A stretch of 64,000 bases of DNA from an uncultured Planctomycetaceae bacterium (GTDB lineage: Bacteria > Planctomycetota > Planctomycetia > Planctomycetales > Planctomycetaceae). The notes below the pieces were generated by a model. It did not search any database, was not told where the DNA came from, and worked only from the letters and a program-made list of their open reading frames with translations. Position numbers and translations under genes: made by a program. Where the stretch lies: the NCBI GenBank assembly GCA_963815195.1, contig CAWFGE010000012.1:288001-352000 (forward strand), in the 5' to 3' direction. Shown piece after piece: positions 31,638-41,525 of the stretch (the stretch's first letter is position 1; every line of letters begins with the position of its first letter).

Positions 31638-32477
31638 CTATCGCGGGATTTGCTTGAGCAGCCGCGTGGCCCGGCCTTTCCAGCGGGAGTGTTTGCGGGC
31701 GATGGCTTGCGGGCTGCCGTTGAGGTCGAACAGCAAACCCTGCAGATGGGTCCGGGCGGCGTCGGGGTTGCCTCGATCCAGTTCGAGCGTGGCGAGAAGA
31801 TAGAGCGCTTCCGGATGCCGCCAGCGGCTGACGTGCTGGTCGAGATGGTCCGCGGCGAGATCGATTTCCCCCAGTTCCGAGAGCACCCGCCCGTAAGCGA
31901 GCGACATGTCGCCGAACTTGTACTTGGGGTCGATCGCCAGCCCTTTTTCCAGATGCGCGGGCGGGGGCGAACTCTTGGGCATCGATCCGCGCGATCCCCG
32001 CGCCCAGAGCGCTTGAATGTTGTCGGCTTCCTTCGCGAGGGCTTTGTCGTAGGCTTCGGCGGCTTCGGCGAAGCGGCCCACGTCCCGCAGCGCATCGCCC
32101 AGTTGAATCCATTGATGCGGATTCCCGATCTGTTGGGCGGCGACTTCCAACTGTTGAATCTCCCGCCCCCGCGACCACCGCTTGAGTCCTTTCGGGATCG
32201 CGGCTCCCCCGCCGCCTCGGCTCGGCAGCCAGCGGACGAAGAAATACACCATCGCCGCCGGCGGGATCAAAATCATCACCCAAAACCAGAACTCCCGGTC
32301 CGGTTCGTGCTGGTAGCAATGGACGAGCATCCAAATCCAGCCCAGCGTCGTCGCCAGCCAAATCACCGAGGAAAACAACCACAGCCAGGGCAGCCAACCG
32401 AGATCGGGTGGCGTCTCCGGCGGTAGCGGCGTCTCCGCGAACAGGACCAACGCGGCCCACTCAATACCAGGAATCAT
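31638..32477 (-). CDS. Membrane-anchored TPR protein
   Basis: Two TMs (WIWMLVHC...FWFWVMIL) followed by TPRs; a short segment at about 31950-32010 appears frame-swapped. Confidence 0.75.
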   Translation of the reverse strand: MIPGIEWAALVLFAETPLPPETPPDLGWLPWLWLFSSVIWLATTLGWIWMLVHCYQHEPDREFWFWVMILIPPAAMVYFFVRWLPSRGGGGAAIPKGLKRWSRGREIQQLEVAAQQIGNPHQWIQLGDALRDVGRFAEAAEAYDKALAKEADNIQALWARGSRGSMPKSSPPPAHLEKGLAIDPKYKFGDMSLAYGRVLSELGEIDLAADHLDQHVSRWRHPEALYLLATLELDRGNPDAARTHLQGLLFDLNGSPQAIARKHSRWKGRATRLLKQIPR

Positions 32478-32721
32478 GAAAGGGTCTCCTTCAGCCAACG
32501 TCTGCCCGGCCAACGCCCGGCCGCGGACCAGCATGCTCGATTGGCTATTTTCCCAAACGAGGGATTCTTTTCCAGTCGGTTTGTTCTCGAACGGCGGAAC
32601 TTTACGATAGGATGGGGTGGAAAATCCAATCCATGAGCCCGGTCACCGATCAGAATATTTCAAGATTCCCCGTGAGCCGTTCAATCCGTGGTTCTTCTTT
32701 TCTGAACGAATGGATGACGAC

Positions 32722-34419
32722 ATGAAACAATCGCAGCGACAGCCCGCTTCCATCTGCATGCTTTTGTGGCTTATGTTGCTGGTGGTTTTGGCGGGACCGC
32801 AGTTGGGCATGGCTCAGAGGAACGCCGCGGCCGAAGCGTGGATCGACCCCCAAGGAATTTCCGGATCGTTGGTGATCGTCGGTGGCGGGGCGCTGCCGGA
32901 GTCGGTCGAGAAACACTTCGTGCAATTGGCGGGCGGCGAAAAGGCGAAGCTCATCATCGTGCCCACGGCCCAATCCCGACCGGAAGACCTGAAAGCCGAC
33001 GATCTCGCCAAACGCTGGGCCGATTTGGGAATTCCCTCGGCCACGGTGCTGCATGCCCGGAGCCGCCAGGAGGCCAACGACCCGACGTTTCTCGCCCCGC
33101 TCAAAGACGCGACGGCGGTGTGGTTCCTGGGAGGACAGCAATCGCGGCTCGCGGCGGCTTACCAGGGGACCGCGTTTGAAGCCGAGCTGAAAAACCTGCT
33201 CAAGCGCGGCGGCGTGATCGGCGGCACATCGGCGGGGGCCGCGATCCAGTCCCGCGTGATGATCGCCAGCGGCCAAAGCGAACCGAACATCCAAACCGGC
33301 TTGGGTCTCCTGCCGGCGCAGATTATCGATCAGCACTTCACCCAACGAAAGCGTCAGCCCCGCTTGCGGTCGGCCGTCAAACAGCATCCCGAATGCGTGG
33401 GCCTGGGCATTGATGAAGGCACCGCGCTCATCGTGGGCACGAAAGCCGGCCGAATGAGCCCCGCCGACCGCGGCCGCACGATAGGGGTCCTGGGGAGCGG
33501 CGAAGTCACCGTGATCCTCGCGGCCTCGGCCAATAAACCCATGAAAGAATACCGCGTCAAGGAGGGACAACTTCTCGATCTCGTGCAGCTCCGCCGGGCC
33601 GCGCGGGACCGCCTCGCGAATTTCCCGGCGGAACCGGCGGGCGTTCCCAACGTGCCCAAAGGCTCGCTGGTGATCATCGGCGGCGGGGCGATGCCCGCCG
33701 ATGTCGTCGCGAAGATTCTCGAACTCGCCGGCGGTCCCGAGGCGAAGATCGTGGCCTTGCCCGCCGCGCACACGCCCGAACGCGCCGACCGCGAAGGCAA
33801 GCCGAGCTACTTCCTCAAAGCGGGGGCGAAGAACATCACGGTCTTAAAAGCCCGCGGACCGGAGGAATTGTCCCAACCCGAAGCGGTCCAGGCTCTGAAG
33901 GAAGCCGACTGCGTGTGGTTCGGCGGCGGCCGGCAGTGGCGGTTCGTCGATGCCTACGCCGGCACACCCGCGTTGGAACTCTTTCACGATGTGCTTCGCC
34001 GGGGCGGGGTGATCTGCGGCAGTTCGGCGGGGGCTTCGATCCAAGGCGAATACCTGGCCCGCGCGGATGCGATCACCAATCGGCTCATCATGGCGGAAGG
34101 CTACGAACAGGGATTCCGCTTCCTGCCCGGCACCGCCATCGACCAGCACTTCGCCCAGCGCAAACGTTTCGACGATCTGAGCCGCCTCGTTACCGCCTAT
34201 CCCCAATACCTCGGCATCGGCATCGATGAAGCGACCGCGATCGTCGTCCGCGGCCAAACCGCGGAAGTCCTCGGCCGAAACCAGGTCCACTTCTTCAATG
34301 CCAAAGAGACCGGCGACGATACCCAAGCCCCCTACGAAAGCCTCTCCGCCGGTGCCCTGTATGATCTCGCCAACCGCCAGCGGCTCCGCCCCGCTGTCGC
34401 GGCGAAACCCGCCCGGTAG
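32722..34419 (+). CDS. Secreted tandem-domain cyanophycinase-like peptidase (S51 family)
   Basis: Signal peptide; two domains, each with GGG, G(T/S)SAG, IDQHF..R.R and GIDE. Confidence 0.88.
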   Translation: MKQSQRQPASICMLLWLMLLVVLAGPQLGMAQRNAAAEAWIDPQGISGSLVIVGGGALPESVEKHFVQLAGGEKAKLIIVPTAQSRPEDLKADDLAKRWADLGIPSATVLHARSRQEANDPTFLAPLKDATAVWFLGGQQSRLAAAYQGTAFEAELKNLLKRGGVIGGTSAGAAIQSRVMIASGQSEPNIQTGLGLLPAQIIDQHFTQRKRQPRLRSAVKQHPECVGLGIDEGTALIVGTKAGRMSPADRGRTIGVLGSGEVTVILAASANKPMKEYRVKEGQLLDLVQLRRAARDRLANFPAEPAGVPNVPKGSLVIIGGGAMPADVVAKILELAGGPEAKIVALPAAHTPERADREGKPSYFLKAGAKNITVLKARGPEELSQPEAVQALKEADCVWFGGGRQWRFVDAYAGTPALELFHDVLRRGGVICGSSAGASIQGEYLARADAITNRLIMAEGYEQGFRFLPGTAIDQHFAQRKRFDDLSRLVTAYPQYLGIGIDEATAIVVRGQTAEVLGRNQVHFFNAKETGDDTQAPYESLSAGALYDLANRQRLRPAVAAKPAR

Positions 34420-34489
34420 GGAAGACCACGAAAGATACGACTGAACCCAACGCAATTCAGGATGTTTGCGATCCCATCTCGGATCGACC

Positions 34490-36199
34490 TCACGGACTCT
34501 CCCCGCTGGGCGGCTGCGACAGAAATTCCAATCGCCCGGCCAGATGGCGGACGAGGATTTGCGACAAAAGGCGATGTCCGGAGGCGGTCATGTGGCTGTC
34601 GATTGGATAGAACAACTCCTCGCCGGCGGCGCACGCCTCGCGAAACCGCACGAGCGGATCGACGCAGTCGATGCCGTTTCGCCGGCAGAAATCCAGAGCG
34701 AGGTCGTTCTGCCGCCGGCTGGTGAGCATCTCCGGACTCGTGGCGATGGTCCATTCCCGAAGCATGGCGACCGCCGCCGGATCGACCTGGTACGGGTGCG
34801 GGATGACGAGCAGGCAGAAACGACTCGGCCGGTCCTTCGCGAGTCGGGCGATCTCCTTCAGAACGTCCTCGCATAGCCGCCATTCCGCGAGCATCGCAGG
34901 TTCTGTGCCTTCGTCGAGAAACATGGATTTCAACAGGCCTCGCGGGCGCTGGATGGCGGAGACCATCAACGCCGGGTTGATGTCCCGCCGGAGGGCCCGA
35001 TCGATCCAACCGCGTTGTTGAAGCCAATCCCGCCGCTCTCGTTCCACTTCGGACAGAGGCTTGGAAAGCGCCAGTCCCAGTTCGTTGGGCGTCTGGAAAA
35101 TTCGATCCGGCTCGCCTGGCGTACGCCCGGCTTGGAGTCTTTCCCGCCAATCGGCGAGCGGCCGCAACGCCCCGCGATACAGCAACCGGCAACAAACGGA
35201 GTGCATCAAGAAATTCTCCCGGCTTTCCCGCAAAATGTCCGATTTGAGCTTTGCCAGTTGCTCCGAAGTCCGCGGCACATACGGCTGCCGGACCGGGCAA
35301 TCGTTTAAGGGATAATAGCCCAGGATCAGCAAATCCGGATCGAGGTTTTCGATCGCCAGGCGGACGTACTGCAAATATTCGCCCGGCCCCGCGCCCCGGC
35401 GGGAGACGTTGACGACTTCCGCGAGCTTCCATCCGTATTCGTTTCGCAGGAGGTTTTGCAGCCGCCGGGGATAGGTCTCGTCATCGTTCACGCCTTGGCC
35501 GAAGGTGATGGAATCTCCAATGACGACAATGCGAAACCGGCCGAGGTGCTCGCGTTCGACAAACGCGGGTTCGCGAAGGCCCTGCGAATTGGTGGTCACG
35601 ACGGTGTCGAACTCGTCCGACTTCCAGCGCACGCGGATGTTGGGCGGATTCAAATTCCAGCCGTAAAGCGGTTCGATGTCCGCGATTCGCCCGGCGATTT
35701 CCACAAACAGGATGGCCGCGGCGACGCTGACCATCACCGCGGATATCCGCAGCAGGATTTCACGCCTCCCGACTTTGCCTCGATCCACAAACAACACCCA
35801 GCCAAGCCAAAGCGCGACCGCGACAGCAAGGTCGGCCATCGCGAACAGCAACCGGCGACCGAGTTCCGCCGCCGGCCCCACCATCACCAATCCGCACAAC
35901 GCCGCCCACCACAACAGCACCGGCCCCGCCAAGGCCGTCACCACCCGCAACCGGCTCCGGCGAATCCAACCCAAAACCGGCGATCCGCCGGCTTTCGTTT
36001 TGCGTTGAGAAATCGCGCACAGGCACCAAGCCGCGGTGGCCGCGAGCAACAGGCACGCGTAGGCGACGATCAAGAAAAACAGCCGCCGGGACCAGCGGTC
36101 GAGCACCGCGGCGTCGTGGCTGGTATAAAACACCAGTGCCCAAAACGGCGGCCAGAGCAAACCGTAAATTCCCCAGAGCAGGGTTCTTGACGAAAACAT
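34490..36199 (-). CDS. Membrane-bound SGNH/GDSL hydrolase family protein
   Basis: Several N-terminal TMs; NSQGLR, GDSITFG, ND and D.H (IDSHMTASGH). Confidence 0.82.
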   Translation of the reverse strand: MFSSRTLLWGIYGLLWPPFWALVFYTSHDAAVLDRWSRRLFFLIVAYACLLLAATAAWCLCAISQRKTKAGGSPVLGWIRRSRLRVVTALAGPVLLWWAALCGLVMVGPAAELGRRLLFAMADLAVAVALWLGWVLFVDRGKVGRREILLRISAVMVSVAAAILFVEIAGRIADIEPLYGWNLNPPNIRVRWKSDEFDTVVTTNSQGLREPAFVEREHLGRFRIVVIGDSITFGQGVNDDETYPRRLQNLLRNEYGWKLAEVVNVSRRGAGPGEYLQYVRLAIENLDPDLLILGYYPLNDCPVRQPYVPRTSEQLAKLKSDILRESRENFLMHSVCCRLLYRGALRPLADWRERLQAGRTPGEPDRIFQTPNELGLALSKPLSEVERERRDWLQQRGWIDRALRRDINPALMVSAIQRPRGLLKSMFLDEGTEPAMLAEWRLCEDVLKEIARLAKDRPSRFCLLVIPHPYQVDPAAVAMLREWTIATSPEMLTSRRQNDLALDFCRRNGIDCVDPLVRFREACAAGEELFYPIDSHMTASGHRLLSQILVRHLAGRLEFLSQPPSGESP

Positions 36200-36242
36200 G
36201 TCGGGGTTCCCGTGGTGAGGATGGAACCAGTCGTCTCTATAT

Positions 36243-36422
36243 TACTCAAACCGTAAGTCAAAAATGCAGGGGCGCAAAGGAATGTTCCAAGGGAAAAGCA
36301 GATTTGAGGCCTGGGGCCGTGTGAGATTTTTCTCGCCCGGCCATAGCCCCAGCATTCGTAGTTCAAGCCTTATTCCAAAGGGGATTCGCGCCCCAGCCAC
36401 CCAAACGCTTACAGTTTGAGTA
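36243..36422 (-). mobile_element. MITE-like element, copy 1
   Basis: 15-bp terminal inverted repeats TACTCAAACCGTAAG / CTTACAGTTTGAGTA (14/15 match); reverse-complement homolog of 39901-40075. Confidence 0.75.
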
Positions 36423-36547
36423 TATTAGCCATTGGTTTGATTGAGACAAAGTCGGCCGCGGGAGTACCCTATGAAAAGACGTTTCGATGCGGACGCACGC
36501 GACACCCGCCCCGTTTCCGGAAGGGAGGCCCAGTGGCCATTGAGGCA

Positions 36548-37261
36548 ATGACCGAACAGAAAACGCTGCTCTCCCTGCGAAACGTGGAGAAAGTTTACCG
36601 CATGGGCGACGTGAAAGTGCCCGTGCTGCACGGCATCGATTTGGATCTGGACGCGGGCGAGCTCGTCGTGCTCGTCGGGCCGTCGGGGTCGGGGAAAAGC
36701 ACGCTCCTCAATATCATCGGCGGCATCGACACGCCCACCGCGGGCGACGTGTTCTTCGAAGGACGAAACCTCACTCACGCCGGCGAAGCCGAGTTGACGC
36801 TCTACCGCCGGCGGAACGTGGGCTTTGTGTTCCAGTTCTATAACCTCGTGCCCACGCTGACCGCGGTGGAAAATGTGATGGTCTCGACCGAGATCAGCAG
36901 CCAGCCCATGCCGCCCTTGGAGGCCCTCAAACTCGTCGGCTTGGAGCACCGGCTCGATCACTTTCCCGCGCAGCTGTCCGGCGGCGAGCAGCAGCGGGTC
37001 GCCATCGCCCGCGCCGTCGCCAAGAACCCCAAGCTGCTTCTCTGCGATGAACCCACCGGGGCGCTCGATTTGGAGACGGGCCGAAAGATTCTCGGCGTCA
37101 TTCGCCGCCTGAACGTCGAGCTGGGCATGACCGTGATGATCATCACCCACAACTCCGCCATCAGCGGGATGAGCGACCGCACGCTCCGCATCGGGTCCGG
37201 CACGATCGCCGCGTCCGAAATCAATACGCAGCCCATCTTGCCGGAGGAGATCGCCTGGTGA
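36548..37261 (+). CDS. ABC transporter ATP-binding protein (MacB/LolD type)
   Basis: GPSGSGKST, LSGGEQQRV, CDEPTGALD and ITH. Confidence 0.95.
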   Translation: MTEQKTLLSLRNVEKVYRMGDVKVPVLHGIDLDLDAGELVVLVGPSGSGKSTLLNIIGGIDTPTAGDVFFEGRNLTHAGEAELTLYRRRNVGFVFQFYNLVPTLTAVENVMVSTEISSQPMPPLEALKLVGLEHRLDHFPAQLSGGEQQRVAIARAVAKNPKLLLCDEPTGALDLETGRKILGVIRRLNVELGMTVMIITHNSAISGMSDRTLRIGSGTIAASEINTQPILPEEIAW

Positions 37262-39636
37262 GCGTGCTCGACCGCAAGCTTCGGCGGGAACTCTTCGCCT
37301 CCAAGGGCGTCCTGGCGGCGATCGTCGCCATCATCGCCGTGGGCATTTGCTGCTTCGTGGGCATGACGTCGCTGTACTTCAACTTGAACGATTCGAGGCG
37401 AAGCTATTACGCCCAGTGCCGGATGGCGGATTTCTCGGTGGAGCTGAAAAAACTCCCCTTAAACGAATTGAACCGCATCGAATCGCTCCAGGGAATCACG
37501 GAGCTGCATCCGCGAATTACGTTTCCCGTCACCGCCGATCTCGACGATGTGATCAAACCCGTCAGCGGGCGGATCATTTCGCTCCCGGACGAGCCGGCTC
37601 CGGTCATCGATAACATTCTGCTCCGGCGGGGCGGCTACTTCACCCAAGGACGCCGGGAGGAAGTCATCGTCAACGATGCCTTCGCCCGGGAACATCACCT
37701 CAAGCCCGGCGATTCGCTGCATTTGCTGCTTAACAATCGCCGGCAAAAACTGACGATCGTGGGCACGGCGATCAGTGCCGAGTTCGTGTATATCGTCAGC
37801 CCCGGCTCCTTCGTGCCTGATCCCGAGACCTTCGGGATCTTCTATCTGAAGCACAGCTTCGCGGAGGAGGTTTACGATTTCCAAGGCGCCTGCAACCAGA
37901 TTGTCGGCCTGTTGAGCCCCGATGTCCGCGAGCGGCCCGATCGTTTGCTCGACGAGATCGAACGCCGGCTGGATGCCTACGGCGTATTCTCCACCACGCC
38001 CCGCCGCGACCAGCCGTCGCATCTGTTTTTGATGAGCGAGATCGAAGGGCTGCGGATCAATGCGACCGTGGTGCCGGGCATCTTTTTGGGCGTTGCGGCT
38101 TTGATTTTGAACGTGCTGATGATGCGGATCGCCGAGCAGCAGCGGACGATCGTGGGCACGCTCAAAGCCTTGGGCTATTCCAATCGGCAGTTGTTCGGGC
38201 ATTACGTCCGGTTCGGCCTGGTGATCGGGGTCTTGGGCGGAGCGTTGGGACTCGCCGGCGGTTATGCCCTCGCGGGCGGGATGACGCAGGTCTATTTGCA
38301 GTTCTATGAATTTCCCCGGCTCGTGAATCGGCCGTATTGGACGATCCTTGCGGCGGGAATGTTGATCAGCATGGCCTTCGCGGTGCTGGGGACGCTGCGG
38401 GGCATCCACACGATTTTGAAGCTCGCCCCCGCGGAAGCCATGCGGCCCAAACCGCCCGCCAAAGGGCACCGCACGCTGCTGGAGCGGATTCGCGTGTTGT
38501 GGAACCGGCTCGATTTTCGCTGGCAGTTGGTTTTGCGCGGCGTCTTTCGGCAGCGGATGCGGACGTTCGCGGGCGTGATGGCCGCGGCTTCGGGGGCGAG
38601 TTTGTTGCTGTTGACGTTTCATCTCCGCGATGCCACGCATGAAATGATCGAGTTCCAATTCGACAAGGTCATGCGCAGCGATTACGATTTGACCTTCAAA
38701 GACGAGCGGGACATCGCCGCCTATGATGAGGCCCGCCGGCTGCCGGGCGTCGATTTCGTGGAGCCACAGTTTCACGTCGGCTGCAAATTCCGGCACGGGC
38801 CGCGCGAAAAGCAGGGCGGCATCACGGGGTTGTTGCCCGACTCCCGGTTGACGATCCCCCGCGAAGCCGGCGGGGAACGGATCAAAATTCCCAAAGCCGG
38901 GCTGGTGCTCACCCGGCGGCTGGCGGATTCGCTCGGCGTCCGCGTGGGGCAAGCCGTCACCATCGAACCGGTGGACGGCCGCAAACAGCCGTTTCAGATG
39001 CCCGTGATGCAAATCGTCGACAGCTACATGGGCACGGCCGCGTATGCAGACATTTACACCCTGAACCGCCTCGTGGGAGAAAGCGACACGATCACGACCC
39101 TGCAGCTCAAAGTCCAACCCGGCCGGGAAGCGGAGCGGCGGTTCTATCGGGAACTCAAACGCCTGCCCGTCGTCCAAGCCGTCACGCCCGTCCGCGACAA
39201 CAAAGAAACCCTCGTCCGCCTGGTCGTCGATAAGATGTGGATCTCGATCTCGGTGATTATGGCGTTCGCCGGGCTGATCTTTTTCGGTAGCGTGCTGAAC
39301 GCGTCGCTGATTTCCCTCGCCGAGCGCGGGCAGGAAATCGCCACGCTCCGCGTGCTGGGTTACACGCCGCGGGAGGTGGGGTCGATCTTCCTCCGCGAAA
39401 GCCTGTGCATCAACCTTGCCGGCAGCCTGCTGGGCCTCTGCATCGGGTATTGGCTGAGCTGGCAGATCGGGCGGATGTGGAACACGGACCTGTTCCGCAT
39501 GCCGTTCGTGATCCACTGGGACAGTTGGCTCTGGCCCATCGTCGCCGGGGTCTCGTTCACGCTCCTCGCCCACATCCCGGTCCACAAAAGCATCCGCAGC
39601 ATGAACGTTGCGGAATCGCTGAACGTGAAGGAGTGA
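37258..39636 (+). CDS. ABC transporter permease (duplicated FtsX/MacB-type)
   Basis: Two FtsX halves (EQQRTIVGTLKALGYS; ERGQEIATLRVLGYT); GTGA overlap with the ATPase gene. Confidence 0.92.
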   Translation: MSVLDRKLRRELFASKGVLAAIVAIIAVGICCFVGMTSLYFNLNDSRRSYYAQCRMADFSVELKKLPLNELNRIESLQGITELHPRITFPVTADLDDVIKPVSGRIISLPDEPAPVIDNILLRRGGYFTQGRREEVIVNDAFAREHHLKPGDSLHLLLNNRRQKLTIVGTAISAEFVYIVSPGSFVPDPETFGIFYLKHSFAEEVYDFQGACNQIVGLLSPDVRERPDRLLDEIERRLDAYGVFSTTPRRDQPSHLFLMSEIEGLRINATVVPGIFLGVAALILNVLMMRIAEQQRTIVGTLKALGYSNRQLFGHYVRFGLVIGVLGGALGLAGGYALAGGMTQVYLQFYEFPRLVNRPYWTILAAGMLISMAFAVLGTLRGIHTILKLAPAEAMRPKPPAKGHRTLLERIRVLWNRLDFRWQLVLRGVFRQRMRTFAGVMAAASGASLLLLTFHLRDATHEMIEFQFDKVMRSDYDLTFKDERDIAAYDEARRLPGVDFVEPQFHVGCKFRHGPREKQGGITGLLPDSRLTIPREAGGERIKIPKAGLVLTRRLADSLGVRVGQAVTIEPVDGRKQPFQMPVMQIVDSYMGTAAYADIYTLNRLVGESDTITTLQLKVQPGREAERRFYRELKRLPVVQAVTPVRDNKETLVRLVVDKMWISISVIMAFAGLIFFGSVLNASLISLAERGQEIATLRVLGYTPREVGSIFLRESLCINLAGSLLGLCIGYWLSWQIGRMWNTDLFRMPFVIHWDSWLWPIVAGVSFTLLAHIPVHKSIRSMNVAESLNVKE

Positions 39637-40075
39637 TTAACACAAACGGTAAGCGTTTGGGTGGCTGGGGCGCAAGTCCCTCTTGGAACAAGGCTAGAAC
39701 TGCGAAAGCTGGGGCTGTGGCCGGGCGAGAAAATCTCACACGGCCCCAGGCCTCAAATCTGCTTTTTCCTTGGAACATCCCATTTCGCCCCAGCCACCCT
39801 GCCGTCGCCAGGGTCTCGTTCACGCTCCTCGCCCACGTCCCGGTCCACAAAAGCATCCGCAGCATGAACGTCGCGGAATCGCTGAACGTGAAGGAGTGAT
39901 TAACACAAACTGTAAGCGTTTGGGTGGCTGGGGCGCAAGTCCCCTTGGAACAAGGCTAGAACTGCGAATGCTGGGGCTGTGGCCGGGCGAGAAAAATCCC
40001 ACACGGCCCCAGGCCTCAAATCTGCTTTTTCCTTGGAACATTCCATTGCGCCCCTGCCGACTTACAGTTTGCGTA
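39541..40075 (+). repeat. 263-bp-period tandem duplication: permease 3' end plus MITE copies 2 and 3
   Basis: 39541-39636 recurs at 39804-39899 with a few substitutions; MITE copy 2 at 39638-39799 lacks its right TIR; copy 3 at 39901-40075 has both TIRs. Confidence 0.85.
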
Positions 40076-40089
40076 ATTAAGCCGGACCG

Positions 40090-41359
40090 TCAGGGTTTGA
40101 GTTTCGTCATGTGGCCGGGGCAGGTCCACAGGAGGGGCGGCGTGTCCGCGGGCTGAAACGGCACGCGCTCGAGCCGGCCCCGGACCGACCAGCGTTCCCC
40201 GACGCGGGCCGGGTTTTCCGTCGTCTTGATGTCCCGATACAGAAAGCCCTGGATGATCGTCCCGGACCCGTCGTCCAAGGCGAACATCGCGTTCGTGCGA
40301 TCCACCACGGTGCCCGTGAGCTTGACCAGAATCCCCCTTGCCGGGCTTCAAAGCCGCCGCGGCCTTGGCGGTGAGTTCGGTGATCTTGGGCGGCGAGGCG
40401 TCCGCAGCGGGCTCGAAGTTGTAGGTGATGTGTTTGCCGTCGATGCCCAGCGTGAACCAGTCCACATAGCCTTGGAAACCCCGATAGTCGTTGGCCCAGC
40501 GGACGGTGTCGGAACCGTAGACGGCGGCGAATTCCTTCCGCGCTCCGATCACAAAGTTCAAGCAGGTGCCCGTGGCGGTGGAGGCCGGGGCTCCGGGCGG
40601 ATCGGTCTTCTCGTCCCAGCCGGGGCTTTTCCAGCCGCCGTCGGCAGAGGCCTTGTTGGAAGTCGGGACGAGCGTCCAATCGCCGTAGTCCCGGATGACC
40701 TCGGCCCAGGACGCGAACTCCTCTTTTGGCGGACCGAAAGTAAACCACCGCCCGCACATCACGGGGCCGGGCGCGTCCCAGTGGATGGGATCGTAACGGA
40801 GCCATTTCTTGCAGTGCCGGCCGGAGTTTTCGCCGCGGATCTTATGCTTCTGCCAGGGCATGAACCAGAACTGTTTGCGCCTGTGTGCCGTCGGGGCTCT
40901 GGGCCGTGAGTTGGAGTTGAATCAACTGCCTGGGATACGTCCACCACAGTTTCCAACTGCTCCAGTTTTTGGTGTTGGCGGTGCCGACGGGGATGTGGGC
41001 ATTGTAGGCGTAATAATCCAAACGCGTGATCGACTTGAGCGCGACGCCGGCGAGCGGTCGGCCGTCAAAGGTGTCGAGTCCAAGCCAGGCCGTCGGCGGC
41101 GTCGTTCCGCCCTCGAACCCGAGCGCGGCGAAATAGGCTCCTTGCCCCAAGTCCCGGCCGTCCTCGGCCACGAACGGCTGCTCCCGTTCAAATACCGCGG
41201 GGCCGCGATTCGTGAGTTCCCCCGTGCCGCCCTTGTTTGTCGCAATCACCCAACCGTGGCTATTTCCGGGCGAGACCTTGACGACCACATCGTCGCGCGC
41301 AACGCGCCGGAGAAGAGAACGCTCGCCACCCAAACGGCCCACAGGCTGCGCTGGTTCAT
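40090..41359 (-). CDS. Secreted hypothetical protein with probable C-terminal OB-fold (about three frameshifts)
   Basis: Signal-like MNQRSLWAVWVASVLFSGA; consecutive coding-like pieces in ORFs 40842-41495, 40016-40861 and 40090-40308 (FALDDGSG..I...VGERWSVRGRL). Confidence 0.6.
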
Positions 41360-41525
41360 CGGAACGGGTCCTCCAGATTGGGCAAGTTGCAGGAAATCGC
41401 CGCGGCGTAGTTGGATTGTGATTCCACCGGGAGATTTTCGCAACGCGCCGAGCCGCCGGTTTTTCACGGTTGCACCAACCGGTGGCTAGCGCCATACCGC
41501 TCAGTTATTCCTTGAACCATCCTCG

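Noticed and set aside
36243..40075. Repeats as a CRISPR array
   Set aside because: Units are 160-260 bp, there are no unique regular spacers, and no cas genes are present.
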